From the NCBI RefSeq assembly GCF_006345805.1, contig NC_042999.1, forward strand, positions 106,640,001 to 106,704,000: 64,000 bases of DNA, in the 5' to 3' direction. How positions within the stretch are numbered: the stretch's first letter is position 1; each line of letters opens with the position of its first letter. Source of the stretch: Octopus sinensis. Its lineage: Eukaryota. Below the pieces are notes generated by a model. That model was not told the origin of the DNA. It did no database searches and worked only from the letters and a program-made list of their open reading frames with translations. The position numbers and the translations under genes were made by a program. Positions 53,938 to 64,000 of this stretch are shown here, piece after piece.

Positions 53938-56518
53938 TGAAACGAACTTGTGCGAGTGTTTATCTATCTTGTACTTTCGGGGTACAAGAAAGCAATCACT
54001 CACTAGCCGTTGCTTTAATAATCCAGAATCTCTGCCAGTCAGAAACAACAGGACGCAGACGTGAAATATATATAACTACTTTATTCTCTTTCTTGGTAAC
54101 AATAACAATAAGTGTGTTATCTGATGTCCTTGATTCTGGGCGCGCAAGGCTGAAAGTTAATAGATTGTAATATTTACAATGTCCAGCCGCTAAACCAGAA
54201 CGGATTCAAGATGGCGTCGAACAATGGAGACGATGTTGGTCTGCAACAATTTTGGTTAAAAGTCTTCGGCCAAAGGACTGCTAGAATCAGTTCGAACGGA
54301 GAGAAAATATGCCTGACCGCCGCCTTCAATCGCTGGGTCCCAAGTCCCCGATGACTGCTGCTAGTGGTCAAACGTTCTACGATCCCCCTGCCTTGGCCAG
54401 GGTCGTGCTTCCGGTGGTTCGCGCATGCGCGAGAGGGGCCTTCCTTTCTGTGCCTTGGTAAAGGCACCAACACGCGCGAAATACAAATGGACGGTGCGCG
54501 AGCGCGCACCGTTATAGGATCACTACAGGCTTCCCTCCAGTGCGTACGCACGAAAGGAAACTTATTGTAGTGACTGCAAAACTCAAGGTGGACACCAGAT
54601 AACCAAATAGCACACAATAATATAATGGCAAAATTTATAACATACACAAAAAATTTACTAAAGGAAAAAGAGAAAAAATACTCAATGAGCAAAAATCAAG
54701 AGTGCATGCATGAAAGTGTATACGTCACAAAGTATAGAGCCTTACGCTGAAGGGAGCGGAAGGAAAGGCAGAACTCACAGTTATTGAACCTAGGCGAAAT
54801 TAAAATCCAACTTCTCTAAAGGTAGTTGATCCTGCGAAATAGCAGTTAAATCAATTGCTGCAGGAGAGGAAATGGAATTGGCAGAAGCTCGCTAGTAACA
54901 CAAAAGGCAAAAGTGCAAACATGCTGGTGTGATGCGCGACACAGATAATTTTCTGTTAATTACGTGACCAAACAGTGGTCTAACAGGGAAAAATAATTAC
55001 GCCTATAAATCGGCGCAGCGCATTTGAACATCCGACGTCTATGAGTCGGGAAAAGAATTAGGCTAACGCAAACGTGTTGCAAAAAACAAGGCAATACATG
55101 TGCGAAGCAAAAGGCGCATGAAATGCAATAGTGCTTGCCAGACCAAAAAAACAGCAAGGAATATGCCAGTGGTTGAGCGATTATATGCCTCGTTCGCACA
55201 GGAACAAAAGTATGACATGCTGGCGCGTCATAATGGACAAACAACCCTCTCTATGTATACGTGACCGCTAGGGTCTATAGAAATGAGGGGTGTCCACAAA
55301 AGGCAAATTTAGCATGGAACAAACAAGCGAGAAAAGCATGTGTGACGTATGTATGTGAGAGATAGCATTTATGTGTGTGTACGTGTGTGCGACAAAATAC
55401 ATACAGGGTGAATGCGAGCAAAATGTAAAAACATACAGCGCATAGAAAAAATGTCTCTCGGGCTATTCCAGACAATGGAATTAGTTTACCAGTCTATAAT
55501 AGCCTGAAGCACAATAGCAGTTCGTTCTGTAACAGAAATGTTGAAATCACAAAATGCAGATGCCGGTTGAACACATATCGTGTAGCGGTTGTGGCTTCAA
55601 TGCTGTGACATGTTAACTGGAACAGAAGAATCTCGTGGATAGTGCTGGGCTGTGAATTCTTGGTGTGCTAATGCACAAACGGCAAGTGGACCAAACTTCC
55701 GCGAGTTGCTATGTACATCTTGGTGGAGGTCGACGGTGTTGAAAGGCGACGTTGGTGGTGGAAGGCGACTGTAGTGGACTTGGGACAACATCGTTCTTAG
55801 TGATGATGGCGACGAAGATAGCGACGACGTGAAGTAGAAAGACGACGATGATGATGACGAAGGTGGAGAAAAGGCATCGAATATATGATGGCGTCCGTCA
55901 TCATGGCTGTAGAAGAAGAAAGAAGCTCCTTCTACAACTGTTTGTAGTGGCCGGAAACAAATCGTCGAAAGATGAATGCGTAGAGTTAAATCGTGTTCCG
56001 ACTTTGCAGAAAAACTGGATTTTTTTGTTGATAAGTGATTTCTGGTTTTAGACCAGAATCACGTCGGGAGTCACCAGTGTAAACGAACTTCGAGAGCGAG
56101 TGTGTGAATATCTGATCTCCTTGATTCTGGGCGCGCAAGGCTGAAAGTTAATAGATTGTAATATTTACAATGTCCAGCCGCTAAACCAGAACGGATTCAA
56201 GATGGCGTCGAACAATGGAGACGATTTTGGTCTGCAACAATTTTGGATAAAAGTCTTCGGCCAAAGGACTGCTAGAATCAGTTCGAACGGAGAGAAAATA
56301 TGCCTGACCGCCGCCTTCAATCGCTGGGTCCCAAGTCCCCGATGACTGCTGCTAGTGGTCAAACGTTCTACGATCCCCCTGCCTTGGCCAGGGTCGTGCT
56401 TCCGGTGGTTCGCGCATGCGCGAGAGGGGCCTTCCTTTCTGTGCCTTGGTAAAGGCACCAACACGCGCGAAATACAAATGGACGGTGCGCGAGCGCGCAC
56501 CGTTATAGGATCACTACA
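53938..56518 (-). mobile_element. Non-autonomous LTR retrotransposon (Gypsy-type signals), 2.58 kb
   Basis: LTRs 56078-56518 (5') and 53938-54527 (3') with TG...CA ends; PBS TGGTGACTCCCGACGTGATT (56057-56076) complementary to the tRNA-Trp 3' end; PPT-like GGAGGGAAG next to the 3' LTR; probable 4-bp TSD GATG (53934-53937 / 56519-56522); no pol ORF in the 1.5-kb interior. Confidence 0.9.
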
Positions 56519-56547
56519 GATGCAAAGATCAACTGCTAATCAATCGT

Positions 56548-58461
56548 ATGATCCTTGAGAACTGTCACAACAAGCGCAGAAATCTCAGCACCGCATGGAT
56601 TGACTACAAAAAGGCCTTCGACAGTATACCGCATCCATGGATCTTGAGATCGCTGGACATCTTCAAAATTTCCCCTGTGATTTCAAACTTCCTGAAGCAC
56701 AATATGTCGTTGTGGAATACGAATCTCCAATTATACCACTCTAATGGAGTACTTGCCTCAGAAAATATAAACATCAACTGTGGAATTTTTCAAGGTGACT
56801 CACTTTCACCTTTAATATTCTGCATAGCCCTAATACCCCTTACAAGTGAATTAAACAGAACAGGGTATGGGTATAAAATTGCCAATAAAAAAATAAGCCA
56901 TCTATTTTATATGGATGATTTAAAACTTTATGGTAAAGACAATAATGAACTTGAAGGCCTATTGCACACCGTGAAAGCATTCAGCGATGACATCGGGATG
57001 GAGTTTGGACTTGAGAAGTGTGCCAAGGCCACTTTCCAGAAAGGGAAAGTGAAGACCACAAATTCGGTCGTGTTAGATGTTGACACAGTCATAAGAGAGC
57101 TTGAGCAAGAACAAACATACAAATATTTAGGGATAAATGAAGGCTCTGGTATTCAGCATGCAAGCATCAAAGAGAAAATCAGGAAGGAATGTTATAGGAG
57201 AGTTCGTGCAGTCCTGAAATCTGAACTAAATGCACGTAACAAGGTGTTAGCTATAAATTCCTTAGCAGTTCCAGTTGTTACTTATAGCTACAATGTGTTG
57301 AACTGGAATATGAGTGAAGTAAAGAATATAGATAGAAAAATACGCAAGCTGCTGAGTTGTAATAGGATGCACCACCCAAAGGCAGACGTAGATCGCCTTT
57401 ACCTTCCCAGAGCCCAAGGAGGTCGCGGCCTGATCCAATTTGAACTAGCTTACAAAACAACCACAATTGGACTGGCCAAATATCTCGAAATATCGAATGA
57501 CTGGATGCTAAAGCTCGTGGAAAATCACGAGAGACGAAAGAAGCTTCATTCTATCATAAAGGAAAGCAAAAAATTTGCTATTGATCTCGTGCAAGATACC
57601 CAAACTGAACAACCCGAGGGAAGTACGGCAACTATTGTTGCAAAGAAGGTGAAAATGATGGCAATGAAGAAAGCGCACGAGCAATTGGCTGATAGGTGGG
57701 AGGAGAAATCTCTGCACGGCAAATATGTGACCCGCAGCAAACAAGCTGATGTTGACCAGAAGCAAACCCATCAGTGGCTACGGAGCTCAGGGCTAAAAGC
57801 AGAGAGCGAAGGTTTCATCCTGGCTGCTCAAGATCAAAGCCTATTAACCCGGAACTACCAGGCCAATGTGATGAAAAATGGAGCAGACCCAAAATGCCGA
57901 TTCTGCAACGGCATGATTGAAACAGTGGACCACCTTATCTCTGGATGTAAAGTCTTAGCACCAGTGGAGTATAAATTAAGACATGACAGAGTTGGCCAAT
58001 ATCTCCACTGGCTAATAAGTCGGCATTACAATATCAAAACTGCCGACAAGTGGTATAATCACCACCCTGAGGCTGTAACTGAAGGAGAAAATGTAACCAT
58101 TCTGTGGGACTTTCCAGTACATACAGACCGAACCATCAAGGCCAATAAACCAGATATTGTTGTGAAAGACCAAAACAATAAAGTTTGCTTATTGATCGAC
58201 ATGAGCATCCCCTGTGATCATAATATCTCAGCGAAAGAGTTTGACAAGCTCAGAAAATATAAAGACCTACTCATTGAAATTGAGAAAATGTGGCATCTCA
58301 AGGCGGTTACAATACCAGTGATCGTAGGAGCACTAGGAATGATCAAGAAGGGAACCGAAAATTATATGAGAATGATCCCTGGCTTACCATCCCTGCAAGA
58401 AGTGCAAAAGATTGTCTTAACTGGTACTTCACACGTATTGAGAAGAGCATTGTCGATGTGA
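56548..58461 (+). CDS. C-terminal 637 aa of the Dong/R4 ORF: reverse transcriptase, CCHC zinc knuckle, restriction-like endonuclease (fragment of a disrupted ORF)
   Basis: WIDYKKAFDS, GIFQGDSLSP, FYMDDLK, YKYLG; CRFC...HLISGC; RHD; KPDIVV...IDMSIP...K..KY. Confidence 0.92.
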   Translation: MILENCHNKRRNLSTAWIDYKKAFDSIPHPWILRSLDIFKISPVISNFLKHNMSLWNTNLQLYHSNGVLASENININCGIFQGDSLSPLIFCIALIPLTSELNRTGYGYKIANKKISHLFYMDDLKLYGKDNNELEGLLHTVKAFSDDIGMEFGLEKCAKATFQKGKVKTTNSVVLDVDTVIRELEQEQTYKYLGINEGSGIQHASIKEKIRKECYRRVRAVLKSELNARNKVLAINSLAVPVVTYSYNVLNWNMSEVKNIDRKIRKLLSCNRMHHPKADVDRLYLPRAQGGRGLIQFELAYKTTTIGLAKYLEISNDWMLKLVENHERRKKLHSIIKESKKFAIDLVQDTQTEQPEGSTATIVAKKVKMMAMKKAHEQLADRWEEKSLHGKYVTRSKQADVDQKQTHQWLRSSGLKAESEGFILAAQDQSLLTRNYQANVMKNGADPKCRFCNGMIETVDHLISGCKVLAPVEYKLRHDRVGQYLHWLISRHYNIKTADKWYNHHPEAVTEGENVTILWDFPVHTDRTIKANKPDIVVKDQNNKVCLLIDMSIPCDHNISAKEFDKLRKYKDLLIEIEKMWHLKAVTIPVIVGALGMIKKGTENYMRMIPGLPSLQEVQKIVLTGTSHVLRRALSM

Positions 58462-58665
58462 GAACTGTTGCTGCTCATGTATTTTAATTTAACTTAAAAA
58501 AAAAATTAAAAAAAATGAACGAACTACTGAGTTTGGTTTAATGGCCTACCAATGTATGCTATGAGTTTATTTGCCCTAGGAGTCGGGAAGACACTCGGCA
58601 ATAAATGGAAGCAAATTTGAAAGAAGAAAAAAAAAAGTAATAATAATAATAATAATAATAATAAT

Positions 58666-59140
58666 GGTTTCAAATTTGCCACAAGGGCAGCCATTTTTCG
58701 GGAGGTGATATGGTGATTACATCGACCCCAGTGTTCAACTCGTACTTAATTTATTGACCCCGGAAGGATGGAAGATAAAGTCGACCTCGGCAGAATTTGA
58801 ACTCAGAACATAAAGATGGATGAAATGCCACTAAGCATTTTGCCCAGCATGCTAACAATTCTGCCAGCTAGTAATCTTAATAGTAATAATAATGATATAA
58901 TAATAATAATGGTTTCAAATTTGCCACAAGGGCAGCCATTTTTCGGGAGGTGATATGGTGATTACATCGACCCCAGTGTTCAACTCGTACTTAATTTATT
59001 GACCCCGGAAGGATGGAAGATAAAGTCGACCTCGGCAGAATTTGAACTCAGAACATAAAGATGGATGAAATGCCACTAAGCATTTTGCCCAGCATGCTAA
59101 CAATTCTGCCAGCTAGTAATCTTAATAGTAATAATAATGA
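58666..59140 (-). repeat. Tandem duplication (period 245 bp) of a decayed family A SINE plus flank
   Basis: Units starting at 58666 and 58911 read identically. Confidence 0.9.
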
Positions 59141-60991
59141 TAATAATAATAATAATAATAATGGGAAGAACAACAAGCAGCAGTAGCAGCAGCAGCAGCA
59201 GCAGAAGCAGAAGAAGAAGAAGAAGAAGAAGAAGAAGAAGAAGAAGAAGAAGATTTCCTTCCTTCTTCATTCCTTCCTATTTTTTGTCCCATAATTCATT
59301 TTTGTCTCTTCTTATATTTAAATGTATTCTTCTCTGCTCTGTCAAGATATAATAACTGACAAAGTTAAATCAACACTAAAGGTTATTCTGTTAAAATTTA
59401 TTTTTCCTTGTTCTCTGTCTACACGAAAATTCCTTTAGTACTTTCGATTCTATTTTTCATCCTGAAACTCGTTTTTGTTGCCCTCTTCCTTCTATTTGAA
59501 CTTATTTTTCTTTGCTCCATTTCACGAAGTCTGAGGAAGAAAATAACATCTAAGAGCAGCTAAGTTACATTAATATCTGCTTAAGTTTATTTTCTCTAGT
59601 CCCACATAGGAGTAATGCTAAGCATTTAGCTTATCTCCACCTTACAGAATGCATTAATAACATTAATGTTTCTCTTAAAAAACATTTCTTCAGTTCTTTG
59701 TATAAATAATTATGTGTGCAATATTTATTGAACTTTTGTTGAGGAATTAATTTTTATCATCAAAGGTTTCAACAGAAAATTACTTTATATAAACCTCTAA
59801 ACTATGTAAATTGATTTTCTTTTGACAATGCCAAATATTGTCATGTATATATACCATGATATAGCTGGTAATTTATCAAAAACTAATGAAAGGATAGACA
59901 ACATAATTAAACTAACACTTTAAATCATTTACTCCAACATTCTACTGTTACTGCTCGGAGCCCATCATTATGAAATATGTAACTGTAAGTTCTTATGTAT
60001 ATAAAGTGACTTAAATAATCTCTATACTCTGTTGAGCAATTACATCATCTCTATACACTCTGTATCAAATTAATGATATTTGAGATCTTAAAGATCAAAT
60101 ATATTATACATGAGCTTACATTATTTTAAGCATCCCTTTAGTTCAATATTGGTCTTATATGACCTCCATGCATTGTAGATCAATGTGGGGTGTAACTTTA
60201 TTCTTCCTTAAATCCTTATAATCATTTTAAACATACGACAGATATTGCCTTTCTGCAATCTTGATAATTCAGGGAATTTGAAGCAGAATTTCATGATTTG
60301 AACATGAAATGATAATGTATTTCAGCCCTTAATGGGTCCAAAATGTGTAAATACTATATTTGTCATTCTAAACGGTGATGTAAGAAATGAAATCCAGTAT
60401 GACTGCAACACTGCAACAATTTCAACATGAAGCCATTGGAAATCCCAGATTTAAAGAATGCATAACTTGAAATGGCTCACATTGGAGTCAACTCTATATT
60501 TGAAAGTCTTCTCTAACAAGTATACTATCGCTCTTGTCACTAACACACATCATCTTATTCTTTTATTTGTTTCAGTCATTGAACTGTGGTCATGCTAGGG
60601 CGTCACCTTGAAGGGTTTACTCAACAAGATTGACCTCGATAATTATTTGAAGTTTAGAGCTATTTCTAACAGTTTCTTGTTACCAAATTGTTATGTTATG
60701 AAGACACAACAGAACCAACACTGATTGTCAAGTGGTAAAACAAACACAAGACCACATATAAACATGTTCACTTACACTATATGTGTGTGAGTGCGTGTGT
60801 TTATATATATATAGACACACACATTCATATATTCATTCTCTCTCTGTTTTTTTACCTCTTAATCATTTCTGCCAAAGAGAATAGGTTTGCAACATAACAG
60901 GCTTATACATTCTCCCCAAGCGTTAAACTAATACACCTATTTGTTGTTCCTACGCTTGTTTTCATCGTCGTTTTCTGTAAATTTGAACTAT

Positions 60992-61033
<42 letters not shown>

Positions 61034-61034
<1 letters not shown>

Positions 61035-61240
61035 AACATTATGTTATATAATTAGGGTTCAGTAAAAATATTTACTTTACCACATACCGAACTTTTAGAA
61101 AAGTAAATATTTTTACTGAACCCTAATTATATAACATAATGTTTTAAATATACCGTAAATGGTCTTTTTACATACTGAACACTACTTGGTAAAATTAATT
61201 AATAATTAATTAATTTTACCCTTTTATTATTGACTATATA
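61034..61240. mobile_element. Fold-back PLE-type terminus, homologous to 47630-47790
   Basis: About 45-bp inverted arms AAACATTATGTTATATAATTAGGGTTCAGTAAAAATATTTACTTT; flanked by (TA)n. Confidence 0.65.
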
Positions 61241-61369
61241 TATATATACACACTTGTGTATTTAGGTATGTAAATATATATATATATATATACAAGTATG
61301 TATTTGGGTATGTAAATATATATGTGTGTGTGTGTATTGTGTTATATATTATATATTATATACATGCGT

Positions 61370-61752
61370 GGAGGCGCAATGGCCCAGTGGTTAGGGCAGC
61401 GGACTCGTGGTCATAGGATCGTGGTTTCGATTCCCAGACCGGGCGTTGTGAGTGTTTATTGAGCGAAAACATCTAAAGCTCCACGAGGCTCCGGCAGGGG
61501 ATGGTGGTGATCCCTGCTGTACTCTTTCACCACAACTTTCTCTCACTCTTACTTCCTGTTTCTGTTGTATCTGTATTTCAAAGGGCCGGCCTTGTCATTC
61601 TCTGTGTCATGCTGAATTTCCCCGAGAACTACATTAAGGGTACACGTGTCTGTGGAGTGCTCAGCCACTTACACGTTAATTTCACGAGCAGGCTGTTCCG
61701 TTGATTCGGATCAACTGGAACCCTCGTCGTCGTAACCAACGGTGTGCTTCCA
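61370..61752 (+). mobile_element. tRNA-derived SINE, family C (tRNA-Arg-like head)
   Basis: GGAGGCGCAATGGCCCAGTGGTTAGGGC (A box)...GGTTTCGATTCCC (B box), followed by a non-tRNA body; no complete cloverleaf. Confidence 0.75.
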
Positions 61753-61934
61753 ATATACATGCACTTACACAACAGTCTCCCACACAACTACCATCTACTA
61801 CAGTCCTTCAGAAAGCATTGTTAAGCATTGGCTATTGTAAAAGACACACATGGGGTGTCACACACTAGAACTAAAACTGAAACCAAATGGCTACAAATCA
61901 AACTTCTTAACCATACAGTCATGTCTAAACCTCC

Positions 61935-62150
61935 ACAAAGGGTTGCTGAAAGTTTCTCATTTTAAGGGTATTGTGAAAGGCCTGGCTGGAGGCCCAACCT
62001 TCTGAGTTCTTTTACAGGGCTTAGAAAAACTGAAGGACTGCTGCAATAAGTGTGTGAATCTGAGAGGGTAGAATGTATAAAATTATAATTAACTGATCTT
62101 CTTGTATTTTCTTGTACCCAAAGCCAGAAACTTTTCAGCATTCTCTCATA
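61935..62150. mobile_element. Second copy of the mariner MITE (opposite orientation, CpG-decayed)
   Basis: Reverse-complement homology to 6920-7132; interior reads LEKLKDCCNKCVNLRG, resembling a mariner transposase C-terminus. Confidence 0.75.
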
Positions 62151-62796
62151 CTTTATTCTAAAGTTTATAGCTTACATGTTGGAAGATTGTCCAGTTCTTC
62201 ATCTTGTTAAGAAGTGAATCTAAATATAAGTCAGCTTGTCAGAGTCTCGGCCTCTTCAAGTGATTTGTGCTTATACATGGTCATTCAACTCAACTGAATT
62301 TTCAGCTAAATCTTCTTTAAATCACTCTTTATCATATTAAAAATAAATGCCTTGGTCATTGGTCTGCACTGGAACTATGCAACAACAAGTACAACAACAA
62401 TAAGAATAACAACAGTTTAGAATTCAAAGCAATAAATATGAAATATGCATAACAATTACAGTTGGTCATCCACCATATCTCTCTCCTTTTCACCTAATAC
62501 CAATTGCATGTGTTTGATAATTAAACAATATAGTATAATTAACAGAATATATATTCCCAGCATCTCAAAATTTACACTGACACCCTATCTGGATCTCTCT
62601 ATTTGATATATAAAAAAATGTATACCTCAAGACAAAGAAAACTTTATAAAGATTTCCTAAACCTGAAAGAAAAACTGTAGAGAGAGGGAACTTTAACAAA
62701 CATAGGTGCATGTGTGGCTGTGTGGTAAGAAGTTCACTTCCCAACCACATGTAAGTGGATTTGGTTGATGGAAACTGAAAGAAGCCCATTTTGTAC

Positions 62797-62843
<47 letters not shown>

Positions 62844-62844
62844 G

Positions 62845-63620
62845 TATTAATATATCATATATTTACGAAATTGAGGTATTACACTCAATATACAAAATTA
62901 TCAATATATTAAATAATAATAAATATTAGGGAATAAATCCAATTTTACAGGGAAAAATCAGATTTAGGATTGAATCCAATTTTATAGTAAAATATTATAT
63001 AATATTAATTAGAGACAAAACCACTATTTTGCAAATCAAACAAAGAAAGACTTAATCCAATACATAAAAAAATTTAATATAAATTAAATAAAATTAAATT
63101 CGCCACTACAATTGTTTCGTGTCTCTTCTAAGGACATTCATCAGGTGGATTTCAGATCTAAAAATAATCAATATTTTTAAGATATAAATTTAAAATGACT
63201 AAAACTATAAATAATATAAATTTATCAATGAAAAAATATATATATATAATCTATATATAATCTATATATAATCAAGAACTAAAATAACCTCTATAAACAA
63301 TTGAATATAAAGAAACCTAGTATTTAAGTTCTCATATTTAAAGATGAAGAATCTAATTTCAAAAACCAAAAATAAAATATAAATACACACATACTCATAC
63401 ACATATATCTAAGTATATATAAACATATCTAAATACATACACTAACTCACACACCCATATATATATCTCTATACATACACATAAACATCTAGGCAACGAT
63501 AAATTAATAAAGTAGCCGTATACTTCTACACATTACTTATTCATACTCCCACACACACACATACAACCCTCATTCATAAACACACTCACTCTGCATGACA
63601 ACGACACATCCAGCAGTTTA
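62845..63620 (-). mobile_element. AT-rich PLE-type terminal fragment nested in the (TA)n of a family B SINE
   Basis: SINE head at 62705-62790 and tail at 63620-63735; the insert carries a hammerhead motif; short homology to 50520-50598. Confidence 0.55.
63103..63148 (-). ncRNA. Minimal type I hammerhead ribozyme motif
   Basis: CCAC-CUGAUGA-AUGUC-CUUAGAAGA-GACAC-GAAA-CAAUUG-UA-GUGG: intact core, stems I and II pair, palindromic stem III, GUA triplet. Confidence 0.75.
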
Positions 63621-64000
63621 TGTGTGTGTGTGCTTGCGGTTGTCCCCCTACTGTCACTTGATAACCGATGCTGGTGTGCTTATGTCCCAAAACTTACTGG
63701 TTTGACAAAAGAGACTGATAGATTAAGTACTAGCCAGTCTTATTTGGCATGGTTTCTATGGCTGGCTGCCTTTTCTAATGCTACAACTGCAATTTTGTTT
63801 GACTTGATGGGTCTTCTTCTCAAGTACGACATAATGCCAAAAGTCTCAGTCATTGCCTCCGTGAGGCACAACACTCGAAAGGAGCTCAGCCACTTTGCCT
63901 CTGTGAGGCCCAACACTTAAAGAGTGCTTTTTACATGCCACCAGCATGGGTGCCAGTTACGTGATATCAGCATCAGCCACGACTACAATTTCACTTGGCT

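Noticed and set aside
56057-56076. tRNA-Trp 3'-end match as a tRNA gene
   Set aside because: Only about 19 nt including CCA, adjacent to an LTR: a primer-binding site, not a gene.
54174-56558. Duplicated 68-172 aa ORFs in the two LTRs
   Set aside because: They simply reflect the LTR repeat; no domain motifs, and they run across element boundaries.
61370-61445. tRNA-Arg-like sequence as a functional tRNA
   Set aside because: The acceptor stem does not pair and the sequence continues into a SINE body.

Overview
AT-rich, microsatellite-dense animal genomic DNA. Its tRNA-derived SINE families resemble those of Octopus (coleoid cephalopod); that assignment is from pattern recognition, not a database search. 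I found no intact host protein-coding gene; many ORF-track entries are microsatellite or SINE read-throughs. The window is dominated by mobile elements: a young R4/Dong-type RT+RLE LINE sitting in (TAA)n and interrupted by a 2.6-kb non-autonomous tRNA-Trp-primed LTR element; a decayed L1/Tx1 LINE; older RLE- and APE-LINE fragments; several Penelope-like element (PLE) remnants in (TA)n carrying minimal type I hammerhead ribozyme motifs and fold-back ends; a TRIM-like LTR element whose internal region is only PBS+PPT (26 bp); Helitron-like elements; mariner and Tigger MITEs; and dozens of SINEs. The main non-TE signal is at about 19.5-19.65 kb: a cluster of heat-shock elements with a TATA box and a splice donor. 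It coincides with a switch from CpG-retaining to CpG-depleted DNA and is followed by plus-strand candidate exons without a clear ORF, suggesting the start of a possibly heat-inducible transcription unit.
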